Of a stretch of DNA of 64,000 bases, positions 38,770-51,600 are shown piece by piece. The notes below the pieces were generated by a model. It did not search any database and was not told where the DNA came from. It worked only from the letters and a program-made list of their open reading frames with translations. Each line of letters begins with the position of its first letter. Within the stretch, counting starts at the first letter, position 1. This DNA comes from Lingula anatina (Eukaryota; Animalia; Brachiopoda), in contig CM120645.1 of NCBI GenBank assembly GCA_051362555.1, positions 4,030,001 to 4,094,000 on the forward strand. The letters run 5' to 3'. A program made the position numbers and the translations under genes.

Positions 38770-40512
38770 TCATCCCTGCGGTGTTTTCTTTCTTTCAACA
38801 ATAGTACCCTGCCCCTGCCAATTTCATTGACCTTGACCTAATTTTCAAGGTCACAGAGCCTTTTAAAGTGAAAATTTTGCAAATTTCAAAATGCAATATC
38901 TCCTAGTATTTCAACATTTTGACAAATTCTTTCATAGGTGAGGTCACACATTAATTCTATTTCATGTGACTCAATTTTAGGGAAAGTAGGTCATGTCAAG
39001 GTAAACCTATTGCACGATATGCTCCAAGTGGTTGACATTCGGCAGGGGGTAAACCAGATGTCACAGAGCCGCAAGGATGATGTAAAAAGTTGCTTTGGGG
39101 ATCTATCCAGTGCAGTCGCTAATAATATTGACAATTGACTGATTAGATTTTTTAATATAGATTTTTAAATATTTAAATATTAATAATTTCACAGAAATAG
39201 TGACTTTGTCAATTTCTCCATGAAAAATTGATTTTTTGTGATAACCTGCTGAGTAAACTACCGCAAACATATACCCAACACCCCCACATCAAATGTCAAA
39301 TTTGACATTGACCTTCAATTTCAAGTTCATTTGGGCATTTTTCTTTCCACTAATTTTTTGTTTCGCAAGAAAAAAAAATTGAAATAATTATCATACGTAG
39401 CCTATGGTCAGAATAAGCTATACACCCAGTAACAGTGACCTTGACCCACTTTTCAAGGTCACAGGGACATTTAAAGACGAAATTTGCAAAATTTGAAATT
39501 GCACTTATGCCTAAAGTATAATCTATGTGGCTAAGGACCTTTTGGCCAATGATACTGAGGTAAATCTCCAAATGTAGGTGCAAGTAGGTCAAGGTCGAGG
39601 TCGCTAATGGCCAAACTGCCTTAAAACAGGTTTCTTTCCCATATCTCAAAAACCGGGAGGCCCAGAGCCTAGTTCTTAGATGCACATGATGCCTTATAGT
39701 CTTATGTAAAGTCAATTGAACTTTCGTAGCGATTGCATGATACATTTTTTAAATATAGATTTTAGAATATTTATGATGTCACAGAAATAGTGACTTTGTC
39801 AGTTTCTCCATGAAATACTGATTTTTTGTGATAACATGCTATAGTAAACTACTCCAAACCTATACCCAACAACCCCAAAATAAATGTCAGATCTGACCTT
39901 GACCTTCAATTTCAAGGTTATTTGGACTAAAACTGATGTATTGTCGACCCACCTCCCCTAATCCACATATACTCTTTCAGAATATGGGATCAGTTAAGCA
40001 CATGGCCTTGCAATTGACCTTTTTCTTCAAGGTCATTCCACCTCTATTTTGCAGGGGAATCCTCCGCCACTGGCTTCAGCCAGTTGCAGTCTAGTTTTTA
40101 TTATTCTTTCAGCGCGTTTTTTTTTCGCAAAAAATCTGAAATAATTATCATAGGTAGCCTATGGTAAGAAAATGTCACAGACCCAGTTTCAGTGACATTG
40201 ACCTTCTTTTCAAGGTCACAAGAGCTTTTAAAGGCAAAATATACACAATACTGCCAAATCAAATGTCAAATTTGACCTTGACCCTCATTTTCAAGGTTAT
40301 ATGGCTATTTCATGGAGAAATATTGATGTGGGCTAAAAGTGATGTTTTGTTTTCACTCCCCCCCCTCCATTGGCACATGCGCTTTCAGCATATGGGGTCA
40401 AATTTAACCCGTGACCTTCGCATGACCTTGTAAGTGCCCATTGCCTTCAAGTACAAAGGTCATTTGCAGGGGAATCCTTCGCCACTGGCTGAAGAGCCAG
40501 ATGCAAACTAGT
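38770..40512 (+). mobile_element. Non-autonomous Helitron/Helentron-like composite repeat with two 3' ends
   Basis: Two copies of a 3' terminus GCAGGGGAATCCT.CGCCA-CTGGCT(loop)AGCCAG hairpin followed by CTAG-T (~40052-40095, ~40466-40512). CCCTGC/CCCCTGC near the 5' end is complementary to GCAGGGG. Internal duplications (~39150-39330 vs ~39750-39930; ~39355-39480 vs ~40118-40235) and many TGACCT/AGGTCA motifs. Boundaries approximate. Confidence 0.65.
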
Positions 40513-40812
40513 TTGCATTTATTTCTTATTAAATGATATGAAATGTTCTCTGATTAAATGTTGAAACTGTTGTTTAGCATATTAGTTTCTTTATAATTAC
40601 GTGAAACATTATAGGCTTTAACCCATTAAATCCGTCCACGTAGCCTGGATGCAGAAGCATGGGCGGACGTTTTTGTAATCATCAAAGAAATGACATTTAC
40701 AAGTGGCTCTTTGATATTTTCGGGTAACTCGGGACATCGGTGTCAATAACATCATATATGTTAAGAACAACATTCTGGGAGCAAAATACTATATATGTTT
40801 TAAATATTTCAG

Positions 40813-41090
40813 GGACACGGAGACAAGCCGACTTTCGCAAGCATAGAACTAATTTCCTTTTTTATGAAATACTGGACAATCTGACCACACAAGGGAAGGG
40901 ACACTGTGCTTAGGAATGTCTGAGCAACCTGCGCTGTAACACATTTTTCATTGATCACAGCCCGGATGAAGACACTGGTCTTTACCGATGTCAGCTGGCG
41001 GGAACTAATATAGCCTTTCCACCCATTGTCGTCTATCGTTTACAATCGAGATTTTCCCTTGTCGATCGCTGGGATATGGTATACAACTAA
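40813..41090 (+). pseudogene. PAN/apple-domain exon interrupted by an in-frame TAG
   Basis: Acceptor atttcag|GG at 40813. Translation (G)TRRQADFRKHRTNFLFYEILDNLTTQGKGHCA*ECLSNLRCNTFFIDHSPDEDTGLYRCQLAGTNIAFPPIVVYRLQSRFSLVDRWDMVYN*. The C-x3-C-x5-C-x2-F...C-x-L pattern fits PAN/apple. TAG at 40911-40913; phase-1 donor TCG G|gtaact at 40723/40724. Confidence 0.6.
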
Positions 41091-41916
41091 ACTATAGCAA
41101 GGCCAACTTGACGACGTCACTATATGACGCCATATTTTCACATGGGACTGACCAAAATAAGGCAGACCTAGTTCGATTAACACACACCAGAAAACGATAA
41201 AAATCTCCCCCCCCACACATTATATAGAGTGGGTAATATGTTATTTATAGCGTATCCATAAGTATCAATCATATATCAAATATTGAGCACAGGTGCTTTG
41301 ATTACTGTTTCGCTTGATAGACTAAAGATAAATTTATGAAAACTTAGTATGGATATAGAACTTGTATGGTATGAAAAAGTATCTAGCCCATCCCCCGATC
41401 ATATACCAAATAGATTAGATATTGTTGTAAAATATGATTGAAACGCCACTCACTGGTTCTGTTACTTGTAAACGTAACGGATTTGCCATTATGAATAGTT
41501 ATTTTATTGTCAGAAATATGTATATTTTCTTGTTTATGTACGTGTGTCAAGAATATGATCGAACATGGCCAGTGTGTTGTATTGTATTAGAACATCTGAA
41601 AAAATAGTGAAAAAAGTTGCTTATATATCCTTTTATTCCACCCATGTGATGAAATTGATGTCACAGCTCGTATCTTACCTCCGTGTAAATAAATATTCGT
41701 TGAGAAAATTAACCCTTAATTGGGAATATCGCTCTGGTCATATGCATCGACTGCTATTCTGTTTCTAAAAGGTATACACTTGCTTCAGATGTTGTTGAAG
41801 TGCTCTAACAATTCAACATAAAAACGGTGGGGCTAATTTTTTCACCGATATTTATGATATTTATTCATTTAATACAACTTAAAAGTTCAAAACCACTAAA
41901 TATTCAAATCCCACTG

Positions 41917-42233
41917 AAGTTTATGCTCTGCTCCGTTGTTGGTTATGGATACATGAATGTTTAAAGTTTATACTGCAGTCCGCTGTTGAATATGGAGACA
42001 GGTCTCGATGAAGTTTATACTGCAGTCCGTTGTTGAATATGGAGACAGGTCTCGATGAAGTTTATACTGCAGTCCGTTGTTGAATATGGAGACAGGTCTC
42101 GATGAAGTTTATACTGCAGTCCGTTGTTGAATATGGAGACAGGTCTCGAGGAAGTTTATACTGCAGTCCGTTGTTGAATATGGAGACAGGTCTCGATCAA
42201 GTTTACATATTATTGTCTGTTGTTGAATATGGG
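41917..42233. repeat. 47-bp tandem repeat, ~6.7 copies
   Basis: Unit AAGTTTATACTGCAGTCCGTTGTTGAATATGGAGACAGGTCTCGATG starting at 41964, 42011, 42058, 42105 and 42152; degenerate copies at 41917 and 42199. Confidence 0.92.
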
Positions 42234-42639
42234 TTAATCCTTGGTGTCCGTATTTTAAGGACGGTAGTCTATGTCGATCCGACGAACATTAAAAAAAGGT
42301 TTGGTGAACATGATAAAGCCCACATTGCGCATTGAACAAGAATAACTAATACATTCAAAATCCAATACAGTAGAGTAGGAGTCAAACATTGTAATACATC
42401 AATTAAATCGGTATCGAGTAGTATATTTTTTCTTTTTTTTACAAATTCTGAACTTTCAGTTTCATCCTTAAGGATAACTACGAACACTGTGCAACCGCTT
42501 TAACGGACTTAATCGACGTGCCCTCGGCGACATTTGACGTCAAAGCATGTCCCCCAGTCACTGTATCTGTATTTGAATGAATGAATGAATGTCAGTGAAT
42601 GTCATTGAGAGACCTTAAGGATTACGCGGCCTTCCTTTC

Positions 42640-43221
42640 ATGTAGGTCCTCCATATTTAGGTCTCGGCCTTACTAGACCTCGGCTCTTCTCGATGTGAAT
42701 GCTCTCCAACCCTTTCGGCATTAACCAGAGCGCTGACACTCCGAACATCCTTGACTGCAATCTCTCCATAACCTTTTTGGGCAAAGGGAGGGAAGAGACA
42801 GCCAGTTTGGGCAAGGTCGCGTCATCGGACAGCTGAGAGTTAATGCTGAGTTACCACCATTGCCGGCCGAAATCTGTCCATATACTTGAAGTAAGACAGT
42901 TTAAGGCTGGGAGGGTGGAATGGGATATCATTGCGCCAAGTAGTGAGTGAACTGTACGATTTTTATCAAAAGCATTCAAACATGAATATCCTTAAGGACA
43001 CGGGTTGTTTGTGACCTACTAAATCTTTTTTTTTGAAAGAATGGAAGTATATTTGGCTGAAAGAGTTTAGAGTTGCTAATGTTAATAATCCTGTGCTCTG
43101 AGAATGTAATGCAAATTATAGGCCTACCGGTATGGTTTAATCTAAAGAGTTTCAAATGTAAGGCGAGATTTAACAAATAACAATACCAGTAAAAACACAG
43201 GCTTTCATCATAGCTGTGAAG

Positions 43222-43280
<59 letters not shown>

Positions 43281-43740
43281 CATCGAGTCTTTACCCTTGG
43301 TCCTGTAAAAGCAATTGTTAAATTTTCTAAAACAGAGGAACGTGTATAATAGCATTAGGACGTTTTTGTACTCAAGCGGCAGTCAGTTCGATTCCGCAAG
43401 CCAGGCCACCGTGTGCCTTTGAATGCTTGAAGAATGTTCGCTATAACTCCTTCTTCATTGAACGGCAGCCAATAGGAGACACTGATCTTACCGCTGTCAG
43501 CTAAGGGCAATACGTATTGGAAACCTTGCGCAACCTTTGAAGAACAATGCTGATATGGAAAGCTGAGTGAAGGTGTATAATGAGGATTACCTTTTAAGCG
43601 CTTTTTCCCCATCTTTCTTTTTAGTGATTTTGTTTCATGGCATGGCTTTAAACATACCAAGAAGTTGTAAAGAGAAGGCCTTCTCTTTACAACTTCTTGA
43701 ACATACCAATCTTTATATGGCACTTCTTGTTCTAAAGTAA
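42640..43740 (-). mobile_element. Decayed PIF/Harbinger-ISL2EU-type (DDE_Tnp_4) transposase relic
   Basis: Collinear minus-strand fragments in different frames: LYNFL..KP..KRKMGKKRL; SLSFPYQH; WLPFNEEGVIANILQAFKGTRWPGLRNRTDC (cf. WP..E....NMP..FK..YP..R.IIDC); NHTGRPIICITFS..IINISNSKLF (cf. HNT.K.LIGITP.G.I.FIS.LY); FPPF..KG and SIHIEKSRGLVR (cf. PPF...RIHVERVIG). Frameshifts, stops and a poly(A) insertion. Recognised from memory of the family, not from a search. Confidence 0.55.
43224..43278. repeat. poly(A) tract
   Basis: About 55 consecutive A. Confidence 0.9.
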
Positions 43741-45067
43741 TTTTAAATTTGCTTTCTTAGTCAAAATTGTTATATGCAAACTTATCTTGGAAATGTTTTT
43801 CAGGCCTTTTATTGTTTTTCGTCGTTATTTTATTTTAATAAACAATGGCCCTATAATGAGTATCCTTTGTTGTTCAATAAACCAAAATGTTTTACAGTTT
43901 GTACTCTGCCATTACGCATGCGTAATGAATGAAATAGAAAGGTTGCTTAGTTACCGTTTTCTGCCGTCTGTCTTTGTATACAATATATGTTGCCATCTTT
44001 GCCGCCAGGCGGCAACATAGACTACGACGTTTCATCATGTCGGAGACATTTAATAATTCACAGACAATTTCGGTCACTTCACATAATAAAACCCCTCGGA
44101 GATGGGTCGATCCTAGTAGATCGATCTAGGTATGGGAATGGGGTATATGACAATGGGGCCTTAAATATAAGGTCGGTAATGTCTGAAAATCAGGGTGACT
44201 AGATAACGCGAGATAGCGAAGGACAATTTTGAGCCGTGATAAAGGTTCTGCTTTCGTGCCTGTTGAGCGACTGTGTTGGAGACAGTAAGGAAGAGGCTTT
44301 GGACCGACGTCTACGTGGTAATCACAGGATGTTATCGTGAGTAAGTGAATTCAGTGGAATGTCGCTGATAACCAATATTTCGATTACTGAAATTCCCTTT
44401 GTATGAGACTCGTTGCTTCGCGAAGCGCCTCCGAGGTGAGCGTACATGTATTCGGCCATGTCAGTATGTAAGGGTTTTCTTTCCAAAGAAACAAGCAAAC
44501 GGAGGGGTCTGAAGTTGATATGTCACAAGTATCCCAGTATTCAAAAGGAAAGGATAGTAACGCAATGAGGCTCAGTTTCATATACTTTTTATTGCACAAT
44601 GCCTCATATTGTACCTTTAAAATATTTTGGATCGTCGCGAATCCCTGAGAATGTCTTAAGCCTAGGTCCTACGTTTTGGACGCACGGTTTTTAGGTTCCT
44701 TGCGTCCGTCTAGGACGTAGCTAGATCGCAGGGAAGGAATCGGGAAGGAGTTCGTGCGTGAGGAGCATTCTTGAAAGTAGCCTCAGCGCCATCACTAGTG
44801 AAACAAAAAGGTAATATGGGGATTTAGAGAGACGAGCACGTGATCCTTGTCGTTCCGCTATTGCGTATCGTACACGTTTGTGCACGTAGATAGGGCAAAT
44901 TGTCACAAACCCTTACACTCTGTAGGGCAAAATCGTGGGCACACACACAATCACTGATATAATATCGAAAAATGAAGGTTATCTGTCAAATAGTTTATCT
45001 TTATCATATGTGCATCAGATTTAGAAACATCTGGTTAGTAAACTTACAAGCGGCCAATATACACTTG

Positions 45068-45069
<2 letters not shown>

Positions 45070-45119
<50 letters not shown>
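45070..45119. repeat. (TA)n microsatellite
   Basis: About 25 TA units upstream of ABCA copy B. Confidence 0.92.
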
Positions 45120-45123
<4 letters not shown>

Positions 45124-45607
45124 CTTGTAGTAAAGCAAAAATTTCCTAGTACTGCAATTATGGTTTTTGTTGCGTTAAACCAGCTCCAAGATCAAAAATA
45201 AAGAAAAAGGTAATGATCTTTATCATGGGACAAAGGCCGCGTCATTCTATTTTTGCTTGTTAACAAATCCTGACAGAAACATGGTGATTTTTTCTCTTTT
45301 CTATGAGTCTGTTTCTATTTCATTTCATTATTAACAACTTTATTATTTAACAACTGTCCCATTCATTGCCAAATAACTTACTTTGGTTTCGATGATGCTT
45401 TAAACATGTTATCTGCCGAATGGCGTGAAGACCGTTGTATTGTTGGTACGCTTTTATCAGCAGGTGCTTCAATGAACTGTTAGTTTCCTTCGATAAAGAA
45501 TTGTGGTACATGTACAAGAGGAAAGTTATTGATTATTTAATTTAGTTTTAACACAAATGAGTGTTTTGATTGTTGCAGAACTGGTTTTGCCACAGAGAGA
45601 TTCCGCC

Positions 45608-48600
45608 ATGCTTTTTCTACTCCACTTACGCCAGCTCCTGTGGTTGCGTCTCCAGTATGTCTGCCGCAACAAACTCGGCACCATCATAACGTTGTTGCTG
45701 ATGGTCGTCAGCGGAAGTACCTTATTGGCATTCAGACTCACCCTGCAGATAGAACCGGAGGTTTATTTTGCGGGTAATCAAACGTTTCCATCCCAACGGG
45801 TACCTATATACCCTGGAGTTCATGCCCCAGGGTCGTATTATCTTTCGCTGGGAGTTGCACCGAAGACGAGCCGCGGTGGCAGGGTTCCAGAGGATTTTCG
45901 GTGGAAGTTACAAATGGAGCTTAGGTGCTCACGCGCTGGGCAGTTTTTTAATGGTAAGTCCAGATTCTCAATATTAAGTAACTGTTGTTTGAAACGTAAT
46001 GGGATAGGGCGTACTTCACAATTTATTGATTATTCGGATACTGTAACAGTATGCCTAATCATATGTGCTATAAATTGCAATATTGAACACAACGAGAAGC
46101 ATGATTCAAATTGTCACAAATACCCTTGGTATTAGTGTTTACCCATAGCTTCTTATAGTATTGATTCAATCTAGAATTTTGTTCCATTGAGTGCATTTTG
46201 CTTGAAAATTATTTCTATTGTAAACGAATAGATCAAACTTGATTTATAGTTTATAATATGGAAAACAGCTCCGTGCTGCTCCGAAGGTTTCAGGAAGAGG
46301 CAGACGTGTTCGGCTTCGTCGGAGGGATTATATTTGAAGACGACGCTTTTTCACATGACAGGCCGAATCCAAGGTTTGGGTACACCATCCGATTGCGTTC
46401 CCAACCGGCACCTCATCAAACAAGAGCTTGGTTGACTAATATTGTGCGGACGTTTTATTTCGAAGCAGGGCCAGGTTATCAAATATTCATTATAATTAAT
46501 ATGAATTAATTAATTACAGTTTTTTTTCTTTAAAAAAGTTAGGCCTAAGGTTAAAGAAGTTTAATACTCTTGGCTTCCTCTTTAGTGGCGGATTTGGGGG
46601 TCCCCTCCTTCGGTTTCTGAAAAAATTACACTAATATTCCCCTCTTGAAATTCGAATTTTGACTAGCTGAACCATAGTTCTAAACCGTACCAAATGACAC
46701 CGTTCCGCTGTACCTCCAAAACACCCAATTTTCGGGGCACCCGAACCCGACGCCAAGGGGGCCGGGGGTCGGCTTTGTATCCGAGGTATTTCATTCCTAA
46801 AAAAACGGACCCCCCTCCAATAATCCTGGATCCGCCCCTGCTCCCTCAACGTGTTTTCTCGTGTAATCAATAATTAACTACTTATGTTAATTGAGACATT
46901 GGCATGTTTCAAAAACAGAAAAGCGTTCAGTCATAAAGGATGTATAGGAATCCATACATTAGACTTTTTCCTAAAACGAGGTTCCATATATCTGTTGCTT
47001 AAAAAGGCTCTTGTTTAAGTAATCGCAGCATTCATAATGTTTATTGACTATTGAGTCATAGCATTTTTTCTTTTTTATTAGAATATGATTCAAATGGTTT
47101 TCTGACTGTCCAGAATGCCGTGGACAGGACGTTGATGGATCTCCTACCTCGGACACAGCCCCACAAATATGAAAAATTTGAAGTGGCACTTAAGAAATTC
47201 CCCATGCCTCAGCACAAAACTAGTGGATACTTAAAAGCTGCGCTGGGATATTACTCTGAAACTATGGCCGCCTTCCTTATATTTGGGTATACAATGTTGG
47301 TGCTGGAAATCACGCGCTACATCACATTTGAGAAAGAAACGGGCCTGAAAGTGAGTAAGCATGCTGAAGATGTTTGTGTCAAAAAATCCCCTTGGTTCTC
47401 AAGTAATGCACAGCAATAACAATTCTGTTAAGGTAAACATTAAAATATATGCAAACTTCAAAATGGGATATTTTGGGTTTTACTGAAGAACCAACAGTGA
47501 TGTGCCCTTGATTCTTAAGTATAATAAATATTACATAAAAAGTATGAATAGCACTGATTTAACGGCCTTTATTATAGCTATATCCATAAAGTATCAAAAC
47601 GTCCAAATTTTGCTCATTTCAGGTTTTACTGAAGACATGTGGTGTATCAGAGAAAGTTTACTGGCTCTCGTGGTTCATTTACACGGCTCCGTTCTTTTTC
47701 GTTCCTATTACGATCGCTGCTTTATTCTCACTTCATGCCTATCCATTTGGGCAAGGCGGGGACGCCGGCAGCCTGTCCGCCCTCATAGACACTTCGTTAA
47801 CGTTGGTTTTCTTATACCTTTACGTCACTGCGTCCATCATGCTGTGTTTTCTGTGCAGCACGCTGAATTCCACCAGTGAGTGTCCAGAAATGCGTTCACA
47901 TAAGGTCATTCTTAAAAGGATAATTGCCATTAAAGACCGTTATATTGCAAATGCGACATTTTCTGCATCTCTCAATAACGCCCCCTTTAAAGAGAATGAA
48001 AATTACACAGGTTTCTGCGATCCAAAGATCTGAGAAAAAATCGCGATGGTAGAACCTTCATTCAAGTTCTAAAATTCAAATTGTCGGACACACTTGTAAT
48101 GGAGTTGAAAACTGGTAAAGTTATATATGGCATGGCCAAATTATAACGAGGTATTTTAGGTTAATATCCATTTTCAGTTTGACCTCATCTGAATCAATTG
48201 TAACATGCCAAAGTGTTCAGACCGAAAAAAAAAATAAGTGTACACCATTTGTACTAGTAAGTAGTAAATAATAAGCTGCATTGTAATCTGTTTTTTATTG
48301 AGTAAAAAAATTGGAATACATGTTAATAGGGAATTAGTTCATTTAAGTGAACATCAACTCACTTCTATCAAAATAATAATCTTTACCTAGCAAGATTTTT
48401 TAAACCTTTTGATGAACTTTTAAATATTGGATTCAAATTATAATAAATGAACTTATTTTTATATCCTTTGGCTATTGTCTCTTATCTAGTCGCCGCTATA
48501 GCATTCTGTATGGTGGCCTACCTGTCCCCAGCGTGCTTCAGCATGCCGCTATTCTACCTGTCGTGTAGCAGGGCTCAGAAGAGTATTCTCTGTCTCCTGC

Positions 48601-51600
48601 CAAACTGTGCTCTGAAGATCGGCTTCCTGCAGGTCGCGTGCTATTGTCGGTCTCCGCTTAATCAGGGTAAATTATTTTTGTGTGTGCAGTAAATTTTAGA
48701 CTACAGTATATGTCCAGGCTGGGTTTTGGAAGATGCGGTCAATGGGTACACGTGACTCCCTTCTCGTTCTCTTCTTCTTTAATGTTATGTTCAACATGGT
48801 TCTCTACGACTGAGACTGTTAAGTTGAATACACATCTTTCTACATCCTAAAGGGAGATGATCTTCCCAGTTAGCAAACCTACATATTTCATTCATTATTA
48901 TTTTTATGTATTCATTTTTATTATTTGTTTGTACAGTATTGACATCTAGTTAGATTTAAGGATAACTCTTGGGTCTGATTTACATTTACATTTAGGTATA
49001 CGCTGGGACAATGTCATGGATCCGACCACGTTTGGGGACAACTTCTCAATGATGGACGTGATGTTGGCCCTTGTGGTGGATATAGTACTGTATATATTGT
49101 GCATATGGTACCTCAGTCGGGTCTTTCCGGGGACCGACGCCGTAGCAGAGGCGTGGTATTTTCCGTTTACGGTGAGGAGCTTGTCATTTTAGTTAGATGT
49201 ACTTTTAAAACGCTGTGCGTGAACTGTTTATTCATTGATTTTAGATCATTTTATGAAGGTTTACTAGACTGGTTTGTTTTGTCACCTTAATAAAGAACCA
49301 ATCACATTCCAGGTCTCGCATTTCAGTTTCTTTTATAAAGATTTTAATAAAGAGTAATCTTGTTAAATACGTTTTTTTTCATGATGGAAATGCCAATAAT
49401 GTGTCATTTTTCTTTATGAGCATGAAATGTTGAAACTCAAATACTCCTATATTTTTCACGGAAGTGTTTATACCGATATTACAAACGGCTCCAGCGTAAG
49501 TTCCCGTCAGACACCAGTCTACACGAGGCTAGTGTACGAGAGGACGGCGGCACTGGCTGTCACGGTGGGCAGACCCCCCTGATGTCACTTACTCAACTGA
49601 CAAAGGTGATCGTAATTATGCTGGGGGTCCTTGGGTTTGCATCGTCTCTTGAGATTTTTTTTCAAACCTATGGACTACATCTTTAACGCTGATGAATATA
49701 AAATTAAACAATACCAAAATTTCATAGTTTTTCATGCAATATGCTCATGCACGTGCGCAAAGGATTTCATTTAATGTACCAAATATGTGGAGAATTTTAG
49801 ACTTTGGGATACCCAATGTATTTCACCAGTGATAGTGCAAATACTTCAAAAATTGAATGTATATGTGCAATAAGAGAAATAGAGAAAAAGATATGCCATT
49901 AAACATTATCTTTGGACTGACATCATAATTCCAACACATTTAATTAAACAAATCGCTGATGGTATTAAAAATTAATTTCTCCTGTGCTTATAATATTAAC
50001 CCTGTCGTTTCGCCAATTTACTTTGAAAGATTTACGGCAAACGGCGTGTTGTCAACAATGTGACCCTGGACTTGTTCGAAGGAGAAATGTTTGTTCTTTT
50101 GGGTGGAAACGCTTCGGGAAAGTCAACACTTCTGCAAATGATAACAGGTTTGATGTAATTATATAAAATATATGGATTTTTTCATTTATTGCCATATATT
50201 ATAATTCATCATAAAAATTTATTTTGTTTGGTTTTTACAAATTTGTTTTGTTGATTATGTAATTATTCATTTCAGTTCCTGGTATGAATTTTCAAATGCA
50301 ATTATGCTGTTCATAATATTTACAAAAGTACTTAAGTCATGTTCTTAATCCCAGAAAAACACTTTTCTTAGCTAAAACATCTATTTTTTCTAAAATAGGT
50401 TTGTTGAAACCCTCCACTGGCCACGTTACGTTGTGCCCTGGTTCAGCACCGAAAAATATCACATCCATACGTGATGACATAAGTCTGTGTAGACAGAAAT
50501 CGGCGTTGTTTGATTACCTCACCGTAGAACAACATCTGGTGTTTATTGCCAAGGCAAGCATTTCCTCTCCATCATTCCTTTCTTACATATTATTCATTTC
50601 ATCAAAGTGAAAAAAATCAAAGCACATATAAACTAGCTATATCGTCAGTGGACAATGCTGTATGTTTCATAGAATGTATTGTTGTTGCTTGATTTTTGCG
50701 AAATATATTGACCAAAAAAAAATAGATAAATAAAAATAAAAAGAGAAGGAAATAGAAGAAAATTGAGCATCTGACATTAACTGATGTTCCTTTGAAACCT
50801 AAACATAAACGTTTAAAACCAATCCGGATTAAAAACAACAAGTTTTATTTGTCCTTTTGGTCTACTTTCGACAGTTACGACACGTGGACAGCAATATTAT
50901 AAAAGTCCAACTGAAAAATCTCCTCTCCTTGCTTGAGATAGAGGACAAGCGTGATAATATGGTGAAGTCTTTGCCCACATCCACGAGAAGTGCGCTGTCT
51001 CTGGCACTGGCGTTGATGGGAAATCCAAAGGTAAACCATTAACTAATTCCACATTCGAGCAAACAAAAACAAACAGCTAATTCCTCTCCCTTGTGCCTGT
51101 TTGTTCATCTTTAGCCAAACTTAATAAGTTTGGTGACAGACAGAAACAGGTTAACTTAAAATTGATTAGAAATTGGTGATGATTCAGTAATAAATTAATG
51201 ATTAATATTAGATAAGCATTTGTCTTTGCGGACGTCTGTGCTCTCTGAGTGCATTTCTTTAAGATGGGTATCTCGTTATTTGTACATTCTGACCGAAGCA
51301 AGTGCCTTTGATATTTGTTTGACTGTCTCGTCAGGGCAGTTCTCATTTACCTGTGAATTGACTGTGACATACGATCAGTTGAATATATGTCGTTCTAGAT
51401 AATAGCGTTGGAAGAACCGACCAAAAATATGGACCCGTGCATGCGGCACCGTGCATGGGAAGCTATAGGACAGTCTAAGCAAGCAGGTTCTTTGGTAGTT
51501 CTCAGTACACAGAGTATGCAGGAGGCGGAGGCCCTGGCTGACCGCATTGGGATTCTGCAGAACGGATCTCTGGTGGCGTGTGGCACCATGGTGGAGTTGG

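Noticed and set aside
40970-40992. Ig-domain motif DTGLYRC
   Set aside because: The surrounding cysteine spacing fits PAN/apple, and the conserved Ig Trp and first Cys spacing are missing.
41917-42233. CRISPR-like array (palindromic repeats of regular period)
   Set aside because: Units are contiguous with no unique spacers, there are no cas genes, and the context is eukaryotic; it is a minisatellite.
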